A stretch of DNA of 64,000 nucleotides from Bacteroidales bacterium (GTDB lineage: Bacteria > Bacteroidota > Bacteroidia > Bacteroidales > UBA932), in contig JAFYXO010000013.1 of assembly GCA_017546125.1 (NCBI GenBank), positions 33,647 to 97,646 of the forward strand, written 5' to 3'. Position 1 is the stretch's first letter. Each line of letters starts with the position of its first letter. Shown here piece after piece: positions 38,286-46,925 of the stretch. The notes below the pieces were generated by a model. The model saw only the letters and a list, made by a program, of their open reading frames with translations. It had not been told where the DNA came from and did no database searches. A program made the position numbers and the translations under genes.

Positions 38286-39347
38286 ATGAAAAAGATAGGT
38301 ATAATACTATTGTTGCTTATAGGTGCTGTCTCTTCTTGTGAAGTTATATTGGAATTTCCTGAAGAGAGAGAAAAGTCTGTGTTGGTGTTGAATGCTATTG
38401 TAGATACGGACTCTACATTTTCAGCTTTTGTTAGTAGGTCGTTACCAAGCGACTCCGTCTATCCTGGAAATTTATTTTACGGGTATGATGATATTCTGTA
38501 TGGTGATATGAGTTTGTCAGGGTTATATGAGGATTTTAATATGAAAAAGCATGCGATACAGGATGTTAAGGTTTTATTTCAAGTGAATAATGGTTCTAGT
38601 GAGATTATGTATTATGATTCATTATTGATGAAATATAGATGTGATTATGTACCCAGAGAAGGTGATAAGGTAAATATATGGTGTGAGAATCAGAGTTATG
38701 AAATAATCTCAGCCGAGACTTTAGTCCCTCAAAAACAGAAAATAGAAGTGTTAAATGTTGAAAAAATATATAGTGAGAGTCCAGATTGTGAATGCACCGA
38801 TACAATTATCCGTATTGATTTAAATATAACTGATCCTGGCAACGAAAAGAATTATTATCGTTTGAAAATTAGAAGTGCTTCAGGATTCTATGAAGACCTG
38901 GTTTCTGACAATAAAACATCTAACGGGTACCAGGTTATATACAAGAATCGATATAGAATAAACGACTACTATACATCAACAGATCCGTTGTTTTATGATG
39001 AATATTTATACAAGGGAGATGGGGTGTGGCCGGCACATTTTTCTACAATTTTTGATGATAGGCTGATAGATGGGAAAAGTTATTCTTTTACAGTCGAAAT
39101 TAGAGAAGTATTGGGAAACTATATGGATTCAGCCGGTAATACATATCAACACAACAATCCCTACCTTTACATAGAACTGGTATCCATAACCGAAGATATG
39201 TACAAATATATGAAATCAATGATGAAATATAGGATATCAGAAGGTGACCCATATGCGGAGCTAAGTAAAGTGTATACCAATATAGAAGGTGGCTTCGGCA
39301 TATTGGGAGCCAGCTCAAGCACTGACATATATTTCCCTTTATTTTAA
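38286..39347 (+). CDS. DUF4249-like lipoprotein
   Basis: Lipobox GAVSSC followed by ...SVLVLNAIVDTDSTFSAFVSRS. Typical size and position immediately downstream of a TonB-dependent receptor. Confidence 0.65.
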   Translation: MKKIGIILLLLIGAVSSCEVILEFPEEREKSVLVLNAIVDTDSTFSAFVSRSLPSDSVYPGNLFYGYDDILYGDMSLSGLYEDFNMKKHAIQDVKVLFQVNNGSSEIMYYDSLLMKYRCDYVPREGDKVNIWCENQSYEIISAETLVPQKQKIEVLNVEKIYSESPDCECTDTIIRIDLNITDPGNEKNYYRLKIRSASGFYEDLVSDNKTSNGYQVIYKNRYRINDYYTSTDPLFYDEYLYKGDGVWPAHFSTIFDDRLIDGKSYSFTVEIREVLGNYMDSAGNTYQHNNPYLYIELVSITEDMYKYMKSMMKYRISEGDPYAELSKVYTNIEGGFGILGASSSTDIYFPLF

Positions 39348-39366
39348 TTGTGTAACACCTATAATT

Positions 39367-40206
39367 TTAGCCCAGGAAATTTGTCTTAGCAGCTACCCTG
39401 TAGCCCTCAGCATATAGTGCAGAGAGTTTGGTAGTGTCGGTCTCCATACGGTCTACCTCTACAGGCTTTTCAGGAGATATCACTATTACTTTACCTTCTG
39501 ACTCAAGCTTGTCTATGAGGTCAAGTGTCTTGTTGTATTTGGAATTTCTTTCAGCTATAGCTCTTTGTAGATGAGGGTATTTGCGGTAGAACAGTTTGGT
39601 GATGGGGTGTGAAGTCTCCTTTTTTCTGTATCCTCTCTGTCGGGTAAGGACCACTACTGCCTTTTCGTATCCCTGATTAAGAGCATATTCTATGGGGATA
39701 GAGTCAGCTATCCCGCCATCCAGCATAGGTATTCCGTCTACATGGGTGATTTTGCATACATAGGGGAGACTGCTTGATGCACGGACAATATCCATAACCC
39801 TATCTGAGGATTTTCTCTCCTCCAGATATTCCGCCTGACCTGTGAGGCAGTTGGTGGTAACCATTACATACCTGTCGGGGTTTGAAAAATAGGTGTCGTA
39901 GTCGTATGGGATGATTTTAGTGGGGAAATCTTCAAAAAGGAGTTTGAAATCCATAATGCACCCCTGTGAGAAGAGGTACTTCAGACCTACATAGTGGTGT
40001 TTCTCCATCAGGTCTATGTTGCTCGCCTTGGCACGGCCACGCTGTCCCGACATATATGATAGGCCATTGCAGGCACCTGCACTTACACCTACTGTGAGGG
40101 GGAATGTAATACCATGGTCCATAAAATAGTCCAGAACTCCGCAAGTAAATACCCCACGAAGTCCGCCCCCCTCAAGAATAAGTGCTGAATGCCTCCCAAT
40201 AGTCAT
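39367..40206 (-). CDS. patatin-like phospholipase
   Basis: Oxyanion GGGLRG, nucleophile GVSAGA, and later DGG (MLDGGIADS). Confidence 0.85.
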   Translation of the reverse strand: MTIGRHSALILEGGGLRGVFTCGVLDYFMDHGITFPLTVGVSAGACNGLSYMSGQRGRAKASNIDLMEKHHYVGLKYLFSQGCIMDFKLLFEDFPTKIIPYDYDTYFSNPDRYVMVTTNCLTGQAEYLEERKSSDRVMDIVRASSSLPYVCKITHVDGIPMLDGGIADSIPIEYALNQGYEKAVVVLTRQRGYRKKETSHPITKLFYRKYPHLQRAIAERNSKYNKTLDLIDKLESEGKVIVISPEKPVEVDRMETDTTKLSALYAEGYRVAAKTNFLG

Positions 40207-40212
40207 ATACGA

Positions 40213-40584
40213 TTACAGTCTTGAAAGGAATTTCTCGATCTGTATGATGAATCGGGTGTGGACGCCGTGTCCGATAGTGTTGCCGGCAGAGTCTGTGGCG
40301 CTTACATCAAATGTTAGTTTTCGGCCGTCGATAGCGGTCAATACAGCTTTTGCTGTGATGGTGTCTCCGATTTTGGATGCTTTTACGTGGTCAACATTCA
40401 TCTGTGTGCCTACGGTCGATTCACCTTCGGCAAGGGACTCCTGGACAAGTGTAAAGGCTGCCTTCTCCATCAATGCTATCATCGATGGGGTAGAGAATAC
40501 GTCAAGCCCACCAGAACCAACTGCAGAAGCGCAGTTGGCTGGAGCGACTTGTGTATTACATGTGTATTCAGATCCTATTTTCAT
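40213..40584 (-). CDS. hotdog-fold thioesterase family protein
   Basis: 123 aa. VFSTPSMIALMEKAA...GTQMNVDHVKAS pattern resembles the small thioesterase family. Confidence 0.65.
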   Translation of the reverse strand: MKIGSEYTCNTQVAPANCASAVGSGGLDVFSTPSMIALMEKAAFTLVQESLAEGESTVGTQMNVDHVKASKIGDTITAKAVLTAIDGRKLTFDVSATDSAGNTIGHGVHTRFIIQIEKFLSRL

Positions 40585-40585
40585 A

Positions 40586-41140
40586 TTATTGGATATCCTC
40601 TACAGCGTTCATGCCTACATTGATAGCCTCTTCGTTCATAGGAATAAGACCGTGGTGACGTGGTGGAAGTGACTTTTTAAGACCTTTAAGTACATTTTCC
40701 ATGGTCACGATAGGTTTCTTCTTCAGGAATGCGCCAAGAACTATCATGTTGTATGCTTTGGCATTGCCAAGATTTGCTGCCTCATCTACAGCTGCGATTT
40801 TGCATACTGTGATGTCTTTCCTTTCAGGATGACGGGTGATGCCGTTAGGGTCGTAGATAAGAAGTCCGCCAGGTTTGACTCTGGATTCGAACTTGTCCAT
40901 AGACTGCTGGTTAAGGATGATGGCAGTATCATATTTGCTTAGGATAGGGGAGCTGATCTTGTTATCGCTAAGGATTACGCATACATTACATGTACCGCCA
41001 CGCATCTCACGACCGTATGAAGGCATCCAAGTGACCTCCTGGTCTTGCATAATACCACCGTAAGCGAGGATCTTGCCCATAGAGAGGATACCTTGTCCTC
41101 CGAAGCCTGCGATAATTATTTCTTCTTTCATAACTTTCAA
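40586..41140 (-). CDS. 2-oxoacid:ferredoxin oxidoreductase gamma subunit
   Basis: IIIAGFGGQGILSMGKILA N-terminus is typical of the POR/KOR gamma domain. Confidence 0.88.
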   Translation of the reverse strand: MKVMKEEIIIAGFGGQGILSMGKILAYGGIMQDQEVTWMPSYGREMRGGTCNVCVILSDNKISSPILSKYDTAIILNQQSMDKFESRVKPGGLLIYDPNGITRHPERKDITVCKIAAVDEAANLGNAKAYNMIVLGAFLKKKPIVTMENVLKGLKKSLPPRHHGLIPMNEEAINVGMNAVEDIQ

Positions 41141-41161
41141 TTTTATAGTGTGGATACCTTA

Positions 41162-41923
41162 TTACCTGTCTTTCATGTCGCCAAGAGGATAGAATGGGAA
41201 CATATTCTCTTCCATCCATTTGTTGGCTTTTACAGGGGTCGTTTTCCAGCCTGAGTTACATGTGCTGACTACCTCTACAAACGAGGTACCTTTGTTCATC
41301 ATAGAGTTCTCAAATGCCTTACGGATAGCCTTTTTGGCTTTACGTACTGCTGCAGGGTTCTGAACAGACTGGCGGGTTACATAGCAGGTACCCTCAAGCT
41401 GTGCAATAAGTTCGGTAATCTTGAGTGGATAACCATTGAGGTCTGCACGACGGCCGTAAGGTGTGGTAGCTGTAACCTGGCCAAGTAGGGTAGTAGGTGC
41501 CATCTGTCCACCTGTCATACCATAGATGGCGTTGTTGATGAAGATAACCACGATGTTTTCACCTCTGTTGCAGGCGTGCATGATCTCGGCGGTACCGATA
41601 GATGCCAAGTCACCATCACCCTGGTAGGTAAATACATATTTGTCAGGCATAAGTCTCTTGGTAGCGGTAGCAAGTGCTGGTGCTCTACCGTGAGCTGCTT
41701 GTTGCCAGTCTATATCCAGGTAGTTATATGCGAATACCGAGCATCCTACAGGAGATACACCGATGGTTTTGTCCTGGATACCCATCTCTTCGATAACTTC
41801 TGCAATCAATTTATGAACCACACCGTGCGAACATCCTGGGCAGTAGTGTAGAACGGCGTCTTTTAGAACGGGGGTTTTACCGTAAACCTTATTTTCAGGT
41901 TTGATTATATCTTTAATATCCAT
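41162..41923 (-). CDS. 2-oxoacid:ferredoxin oxidoreductase beta (TPP-binding) subunit
   Basis: YCPGCSHG and GDGD...NN TPP-binding motif (QGDGDLASIG...FINNAIYGMTGGQ). Confidence 0.9.
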   Translation of the reverse strand: MDIKDIIKPENKVYGKTPVLKDAVLHYCPGCSHGVVHKLIAEVIEEMGIQDKTIGVSPVGCSVFAYNYLDIDWQQAAHGRAPALATATKRLMPDKYVFTYQGDGDLASIGTAEIMHACNRGENIVVIFINNAIYGMTGGQMAPTTLLGQVTATTPYGRRADLNGYPLKITELIAQLEGTCYVTRQSVQNPAAVRKAKKAIRKAFENSMMNKGTSFVEVVSTCNSGWKTTPVKANKWMEENMFPFYPLGDMKDR

Positions 41924-41928
41924 AGCGC

Positions 41929-43011
41929 CTATTTATTAATTGATTTTACAAATGCTTCAAATACCTCCTCAGGATCAGGAATCATACCGCCCTGACGGCC
42001 GTAGAAGTTTACAGGTACTCTACCGTTAGAGATAACTTTAAGATCCTCTACCATCTGCCCTGCATTAAGCTCTACAGACATAATGCTCTTAAGCTGAGGG
42101 ATAAGTGCCTCTACAGCTGCTTTTGGATAAGGGAAAAGGGTGATAGGGCGGAGAAGACCCACTTTGTAACCCTGTTCACGGGCGTGGTCCACTACAGCTT
42201 CACCGATACGGGACATACATCCGAAAGCCACGAGAAGGTGCTCTGCATCTTCGGTCTTGTAAGTGCTGTATCTTGCCTCGTTTGCTTCGATCTCAGCATA
42301 TTTTTTCTGAAGTTTGATATTGTGTCTCTCCTGAACATCTGCTTCAAGGGCAAGTGAGGTGATGGTATTTCCACCTCTGTGTGCAGGTTTGCCGATAGTA
42401 GCCCAAGAGTCGCATAGGGCGCGAATCTCTTCTTCTGTGCGGCGGGCTTTGGCAGGTCTGATCTCCACTTTCTCCATCATCTGGCCGATAACACCGTCAC
42501 CAAGAATCATGGCAGGGATACGGTATTTGAATGCGAGTTCAAAGCCAAGATCCACAAAATCATACATATCCTGAGCTGACGCAGGAGCCAGTACGATCAT
42601 ATGATAGTCACCATGTCCACCGGCTTTTGTTGCCTGGAAATAGTCACCCTGGCTGGGCTGGATAGTACCAAGACCAGGACCACCTCTCATGACGTTTACT
42701 ACAAGACAAGGTAGCTCTGCTCCTGCAAGGTAGCTAAGACCTTCGCACATAAGGCTGATGCCGGGGCTACTTGAAGATGTCATAACTTTTTTACCACAGC
42801 AAGCACCACCATATACCATATTGATAGATGAGGTCTCACTCTCTGCCTGAAGAACCACCATACCAGTGGTTTCCCAAGGTTTCTCTTTCATCAACGTCTC
42901 CATTACTTCTGATTGAGGCGTGATAGGGTAGCCGAAGTATCCGTCGCAACCGCAGTTGATAGCTGCGTAAGCGATAGCTTCATTTCCCTTCATTAGAACT
43001 TTTTCTGCCAT
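41929..43011 (-). CDS. 2-oxoacid:ferredoxin oxidoreductase alpha subunit
   Basis: MKGNEAIAYAAINCGCDGYFGYPITPQSE N-terminus is typical of KorA/VorB. Confidence 0.9.
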   Translation of the reverse strand: MAEKVLMKGNEAIAYAAINCGCDGYFGYPITPQSEVMETLMKEKPWETTGMVVLQAESETSSINMVYGGACCGKKVMTSSSSPGISLMCEGLSYLAGAELPCLVVNVMRGGPGLGTIQPSQGDYFQATKAGGHGDYHMIVLAPASAQDMYDFVDLGFELAFKYRIPAMILGDGVIGQMMEKVEIRPAKARRTEEEIRALCDSWATIGKPAHRGGNTITSLALEADVQERHNIKLQKKYAEIEANEARYSTYKTEDAEHLLVAFGCMSRIGEAVVDHAREQGYKVGLLRPITLFPYPKAAVEALIPQLKSIMSVELNAGQMVEDLKVISNGRVPVNFYGRQGGMIPDPEEVFEAFVKSINK

Positions 43012-43023
43012 ATCGGTAAATTT

Positions 43024-43245
43024 TTAAATTTTTACTCTATAAACTGTGATTACTGCGTCAGGACATACTGTCGCGCAGTTAGTACAACCGGTGCAGCTTT
43101 CAGGATTCTCCATATAAAGGAAATTGTACCCTTTGCTGTTAACCTCTTTGGATAATGCGATGGTCTGTGTAGGACAATTTACAACGCAAACGCCGCAGCC
43201 TTTGCATTTCTCTGTGTCAACTACTATTGCTCCTCGTAGTGCCAT
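43024..43245 (-). CDS. 2x[4Fe-4S] ferredoxin-like delta subunit
   Basis: Two CxxCxxCxxxCP motifs (CKGCGVCVVNCP, CTGCTNCATVCP). Confidence 0.9.
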   Translation of the reverse strand: MALRGAIVVDTEKCKGCGVCVVNCPTQTIALSKEVNSKGYNFLYMENPESCTGCTNCATVCPDAVITVYRVKI

Positions 43246-43265
43246 AATTTATAATGTTTTAAAGT

Positions 43266-43424
43266 TTATTTTTTAAATTTGAAAAATTCAAAACCGTTGC
43301 CAACGCCCTCCATAATGAAATCCCATCTGATAATGATACCTATGATGAGGAATACTATGAGGACTAAAAAAACTTGTGTTGTGGAGCTCTGGTTGTTCCA
43401 CCACTCCTTGATCTTCTCTATCAT
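43266..43424 (-). CDS. candidate 52-aa single-TM small protein (MIEKIKEWWNNQSSTTQVFLVLIVFLIIGIIIRWDFIMEGVGNGFEFFKFKK*)
   Basis: Hand-translated. ATG lies 3 nt after the upstream synthetase stop, and the stop lies 20 nt before the korD-like start. Same strand as the operon. Clear hydrophobic helix. Below the ORF-track size cut-off. Confidence 0.5.
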   Translation of the reverse strand: MIEKIKEWWNNQSSTTQVFLVLIVFLIIGIIIRWDFIMEGVGNGFEFFKFKK

Positions 43425-43427
43425 AAT

Positions 43428-45485
43428 CTATCTCTCTTTTTCTATCCTGACTCTTGCATCCACTGCCACCACCTGTCTGCTGTTGCCCAATAGGGGGTTG
43501 AGGTCCATTTCGAAGATCTCAGGTGCCGCCTCGCATAGGGCAGATACCCTTCTTATAGCCTCTGCAAAGAGCGGAATGTTTACACCCTCTTGACCTCTGG
43601 TCCCCTCAAGCATCTTGTAGCTGCGGAGCCCTTTGATCATCTCATTTGCCTCTGTGTGGGACACAGGTGAAAGTGAATAGTTGATATCTTTAAGTGTCTC
43701 AACAAATATACCACCTAAACCGCAAAGTACCAAATGGCCGAAAGAACCTTCACGTTTGGCACCGATGAAGATCTGGGTACCGGAAAGCATCGGCTGCATG
43801 AGGATAGCGGTGGTTTGGGGTATCTGCATCATCCTTCTGAACTGGTTCAATAGGGTGGTGTCATCTTTGATATCCAAAGCTACTCCGCCAACATCCGATT
43901 TGTGTACAGGCCCTATGACCTTCATGACCAGAGGGTATCCTATTGCGTGAGCACCTTCCAGTACCTCTTTTTCGCTTGTGGCCACCACCTCTTTTGCCCT
44001 CTCTATCCCTGCCGCATCGAGGAGAATCTGCACTTTTTCCGGTGCCAGATATCCGTTCTGGGCCTCATCGATGATGGTGCGGATCTTCTTTTTGTCCACA
44101 GGTGGAAGGGTGAAGTCTCCGATAGCCTGCGGCTGGTTGACGATCTTGACTATTGCACTGCCGAGTGCCACCTCGTCTGGGAAACTGATCCCCCCGTCCT
44201 GCTGGAACTTCATTATCTCATCCGCAGAATTTACGATGGATGGAAGTACGGGATATATTGGTTTCTTTGAGTTTCTGATCTTATCTGCAAGCAGGTCGTA
44301 CACGTCGTAGGTGGTCTTGAGACCCGGATTTCCGAAGATGACAGTCATACCGTCCACGTCAAAATCCTTCTCGCATGCATCAAGGATGTGTCCCAATTGC
44401 TCGGCGGTGCCTGTGGCAAGGAAGTCGATAGGGTTTGCTACAGATGATCCAGGGTAGAGCTTTGAGAGGAGCTCATCCGCTTTCTCACCTTTGAACGGAG
44501 GAATCTCGATTCCGTGGCTCGAAAGGATATCTGTCTGCATGACTGCAGGACCTCCTGCATGGGTAATAATTGCAAATTTATTCCCCTTAGGTGCGGGGTA
44601 CATAAGTGCAGAGGCTACATTCACAAGTTCTCCTCTGCTATAGCAACGGATGATTCCCGCTTTGCGGAACAATGCATCCACTGCTTTGTCGGGTGAGGCC
44701 ATAGCACCTGTATGAGAGGATGCTGCGCGGCTCCCCGCTTCGCTGTAACCCGATTTGATTGCTGCAATCTTTGCACCCTTCTTAATTAGTGAAGATGCGT
44801 GTTTGTAGAGCTTCCAAGGGTCGCTTATGTTTTCGATGTAGAGCATGATGACAGGGGAGCTTTTGCCCGCCTGATAGCTCTCATCCATATATTCAAGTGC
44901 CTCTTCAACCCCAATTTGGGCGCAATTGCCCACGGAGAAGACTTGGCTGAAGTTCAATCCAAGCTGCATGGCTGCCTCCAATATGAAGACAATGGTGGCA
45001 CCGGAACCTGAAATGAGGGCTGCTCCATCTGGGGTGAGCTTGGGAATAGGGTGGGTGAAGACACCTGCGTAGTCCGGAGTCATCACTCCGATGCAGTTAG
45101 GGCCGATCAGGCTAGTGCCGCACTCATTGCACACTTGTGCTATTTTGTTCTCTATCTCTGCACCCTCGGCGCTGTCTTCGTGGAAACCGGCAGAGAGGAT
45201 GATTATCGCCTTGCACGACTTCTTGTAGCAGAGGGTAGTGACAGCATCGAGGCACAATTTGGCCGGGATGGCCAATATGGCGCACTCCACTGCAGGGATA
45301 TCTTCTATATTTCTGTATGATCTGACCCCTTGGGCAGAATCTGCCTTGGGGTTTACAACGAACAAATCACCCGAATAGTGGGTGTCGAGCAGGTTCTTCA
45401 GTGTGTTGCCTCCAGGCTTCTGAGTGTCGTCAGAGCCGCCTACTACTACAATGCTTTTGGGTGATATGAGTTCTCTGTTTATCAT
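43428..45485 (-). CDS. ADP-forming acetyl/acyl-CoA synthetase (fused alpha-beta, NDP-forming family)
   Basis: MINRELISPKSIVVVGGSDDTQKPGG CoA-binding N-terminus, a succinyl-CoA-synthetase-like ligase domain and a C-terminal ATP-grasp. The track ORF (to 46064) is over-extended into the divergent gene. ATG at 45485 or 45503. Confidence 0.85.
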   Translation of the reverse strand: MINRELISPKSIVVVGGSDDTQKPGGNTLKNLLDTHYSGDLFVVNPKADSAQGVRSYRNIEDIPAVECAILAIPAKLCLDAVTTLCYKKSCKAIIILSAGFHEDSAEGAEIENKIAQVCNECGTSLIGPNCIGVMTPDYAGVFTHPIPKLTPDGAALISGSGATIVFILEAAMQLGLNFSQVFSVGNCAQIGVEEALEYMDESYQAGKSSPVIMLYIENISDPWKLYKHASSLIKKGAKIAAIKSGYSEAGSRAASSHTGAMASPDKAVDALFRKAGIIRCYSRGELVNVASALMYPAPKGNKFAIITHAGGPAVMQTDILSSHGIEIPPFKGEKADELLSKLYPGSSVANPIDFLATGTAEQLGHILDACEKDFDVDGMTVIFGNPGLKTTYDVYDLLADKIRNSKKPIYPVLPSIVNSADEIMKFQQDGGISFPDEVALGSAIVKIVNQPQAIGDFTLPPVDKKKIRTIIDEAQNGYLAPEKVQILLDAAGIERAKEVVATSEKEVLEGAHAIGYPLVMKVIGPVHKSDVGGVALDIKDDTTLLNQFRRMMQIPQTTAILMQPMLSGTQIFIGAKREGSFGHLVLCGLGGIFVETLKDINYSLSPVSHTEANEMIKGLRSYKMLEGTRGQEGVNIPLFAEAIRRVSALCEAAPEIFEMDLNPLLGNSRQVVAVDARVRIEKER

Positions 45486-45633
45486 TTTTTTACTTTTAAT
45501 CATGCAAATATAATAAAAAGTCGCTATTTTAGTAGTGATTGTTAAAAAAAATAATAAAAAAGTTTGATTTGATTTCAAATTAAAAATATGGGCCATATAT
45601 TTTTTATTCTTTGTGATATTTTTTAACTTTGCT

Positions 45634-45641
45634 TTGATAAA
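45634..45641 (+). promoter_or_regulatory. candidate -7 box (TAacTTTG) for the mtaD operon
   Basis: TAnnTTTG lies 14 nt upstream of the ATG at 45655. It is downstream of the track's start at 45613, which argues against that start. Confidence 0.4.
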
Positions 45642-45654
45642 TTGTAAGAGAATT

Positions 45655-46914
45655 ATGGGAACATTATTGATAAAACAAGTTACCCTGAACGGGGAGAAAA
45701 AAGATATCTTAATCGAAGGGAATAAGATAGGCAAAATAGCAGATGAGATTAATGTATCGGCGGATGAGGTTATTTCGGGAGAGAATATGACAGCCATCCC
45801 CGGTCTGTACAATATGCATACACACAGTGCCATGACACTTATGAGGGGGTGTCTGGAAGATGCTCCACTATTTGAGTGGCTTGACGAGGTGTGGAGACTT
45901 GAAAAACATATCGATCCTGAGGCAATATACTGGGGTACCAAACTCGCATGTATCGAGATGATCAAATGTGGTGTCACCTGCTTCCTGGATCTGTACTGGT
46001 TTATAGATACAGCTGTAAAAGCAGTGGAGGAGACAGGTATGAGGGCAAACCTCTCATATACCATTCTGGGTGGTGGAGATGCCGAGAAAGAGGCACGACA
46101 GGTGCGTGAGTGTCAGGAGATCTATGAGAAATCCAAATCATGGAGCGACAGGGTGCAGTTCTCAGTGGGTATCCATGCAGGTTATACTGTGGCTGAAGAG
46201 ACTATGCTCTGGGCCACAAACTTTGCAGTAGACCACGATCTGCTTATCCATACCCACTTGTCTGAGACAGAGAAAGAGGTGAAGGATTCGATAGAACTTT
46301 ATGGGGTGTCACCTGTGAAGAGATTCAAGAGATTGGGCATGTTGAGTGACAGAGTTATCGCTGCACACGGTGTATGGCTTGATGAAGAGGATATCGAGAT
46401 CCTCGGCAACAGGAGAGTTACCATTACCCACAATATCAACTCAAACCTGAAACTCTCTTCGGGCTATATGTTCAAATACAAGGAGCTTAAGGCTGCCGGA
46501 GCCAATGTGGTATTCGGTACAGACGGCACAGCATCTTCTAACAATCTTGATGTTCTGGAGTCGATGAAGACATCTGCTCTTATGCAGAAAGCCTGGAGAA
46601 AGGATCCCGGGGCAATGCCTCTTCAGGAGATTATGGATATGGCAACCAAAGATTCGGCAAAAGCACTCAGAATCAATTCCGGTGAGATCGTGGAGGGCAA
46701 GCTTGCAGATATCGTATTGGTGAATACCAAGTCTGCTGCATTCACCCCTAATTACAACTTCCTCGCAAATCTTATCTATTCGGCAAACAGCTCTTGTGTG
46801 GATACTGTGATCTGTGATGGTAAAGTGATAATGAGAAACAGGGTTATCCCTGGAGAGGAAGAGGTATTGGAAAATGCAGCCAGAATGGCTGCCAAATTGG
46901 CTAAAAACTTATAA
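45655..46914 (+). CDS. mtaD: amidohydrolase, 5'-methylthioadenosine/S-adenosylhomocysteine deaminase-like
   Basis: HxH metal site (NMHTHSAM), HLSET and GTDG motifs of the chlorohydrolase/deaminase branch. Context with PNP and mtnA. Confidence 0.75.
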   Translation: MGTLLIKQVTLNGEKKDILIEGNKIGKIADEINVSADEVISGENMTAIPGLYNMHTHSAMTLMRGCLEDAPLFEWLDEVWRLEKHIDPEAIYWGTKLACIEMIKCGVTCFLDLYWFIDTAVKAVEETGMRANLSYTILGGGDAEKEARQVRECQEIYEKSKSWSDRVQFSVGIHAGYTVAEETMLWATNFAVDHDLLIHTHLSETEKEVKDSIELYGVSPVKRFKRLGMLSDRVIAAHGVWLDEEDIEILGNRRVTITHNINSNLKLSSGYMFKYKELKAAGANVVFGTDGTASSNNLDVLESMKTSALMQKAWRKDPGAMPLQEIMDMATKDSAKALRINSGEIVEGKLADIVLVNTKSAAFTPNYNFLANLIYSANSSCVDTVICDGKVIMRNRVIPGEEEVLENAARMAAKLAKNL

Positions 46915-46925
46915 AACAGAATAAT

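Noticed and set aside
32173-39355. Shared 8-mer TTGTGTAA at both island edges (32173-32180 and 39348-39355) as possible att or target-site duplication
   Set aside because: An 8-nt match in AT-rich sequence is within chance expectation for the windows searched. No recombinase is present. I noted it, but it is not strong enough to call.
43279-43593. 104-aa plus-strand ORF between korD and the synthetase gene
   Set aside because: It is antisense to the synthetase 3' end and to the better-supported 52-codon minus-strand ORF. Its composition is not credible.
45486-46064. N-terminal ~190 codons of the 878-aa minus-strand ORF (43428..46064)
   Set aside because: This part is low-complexity and unlike any protein. 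It runs antisense through the divergent mtaD-like gene and its promoter. The conserved CoA-binding N-terminus (MINRELISPKSIVVVGG) starts at 45485, so the extension is an ORF-caller artefact.
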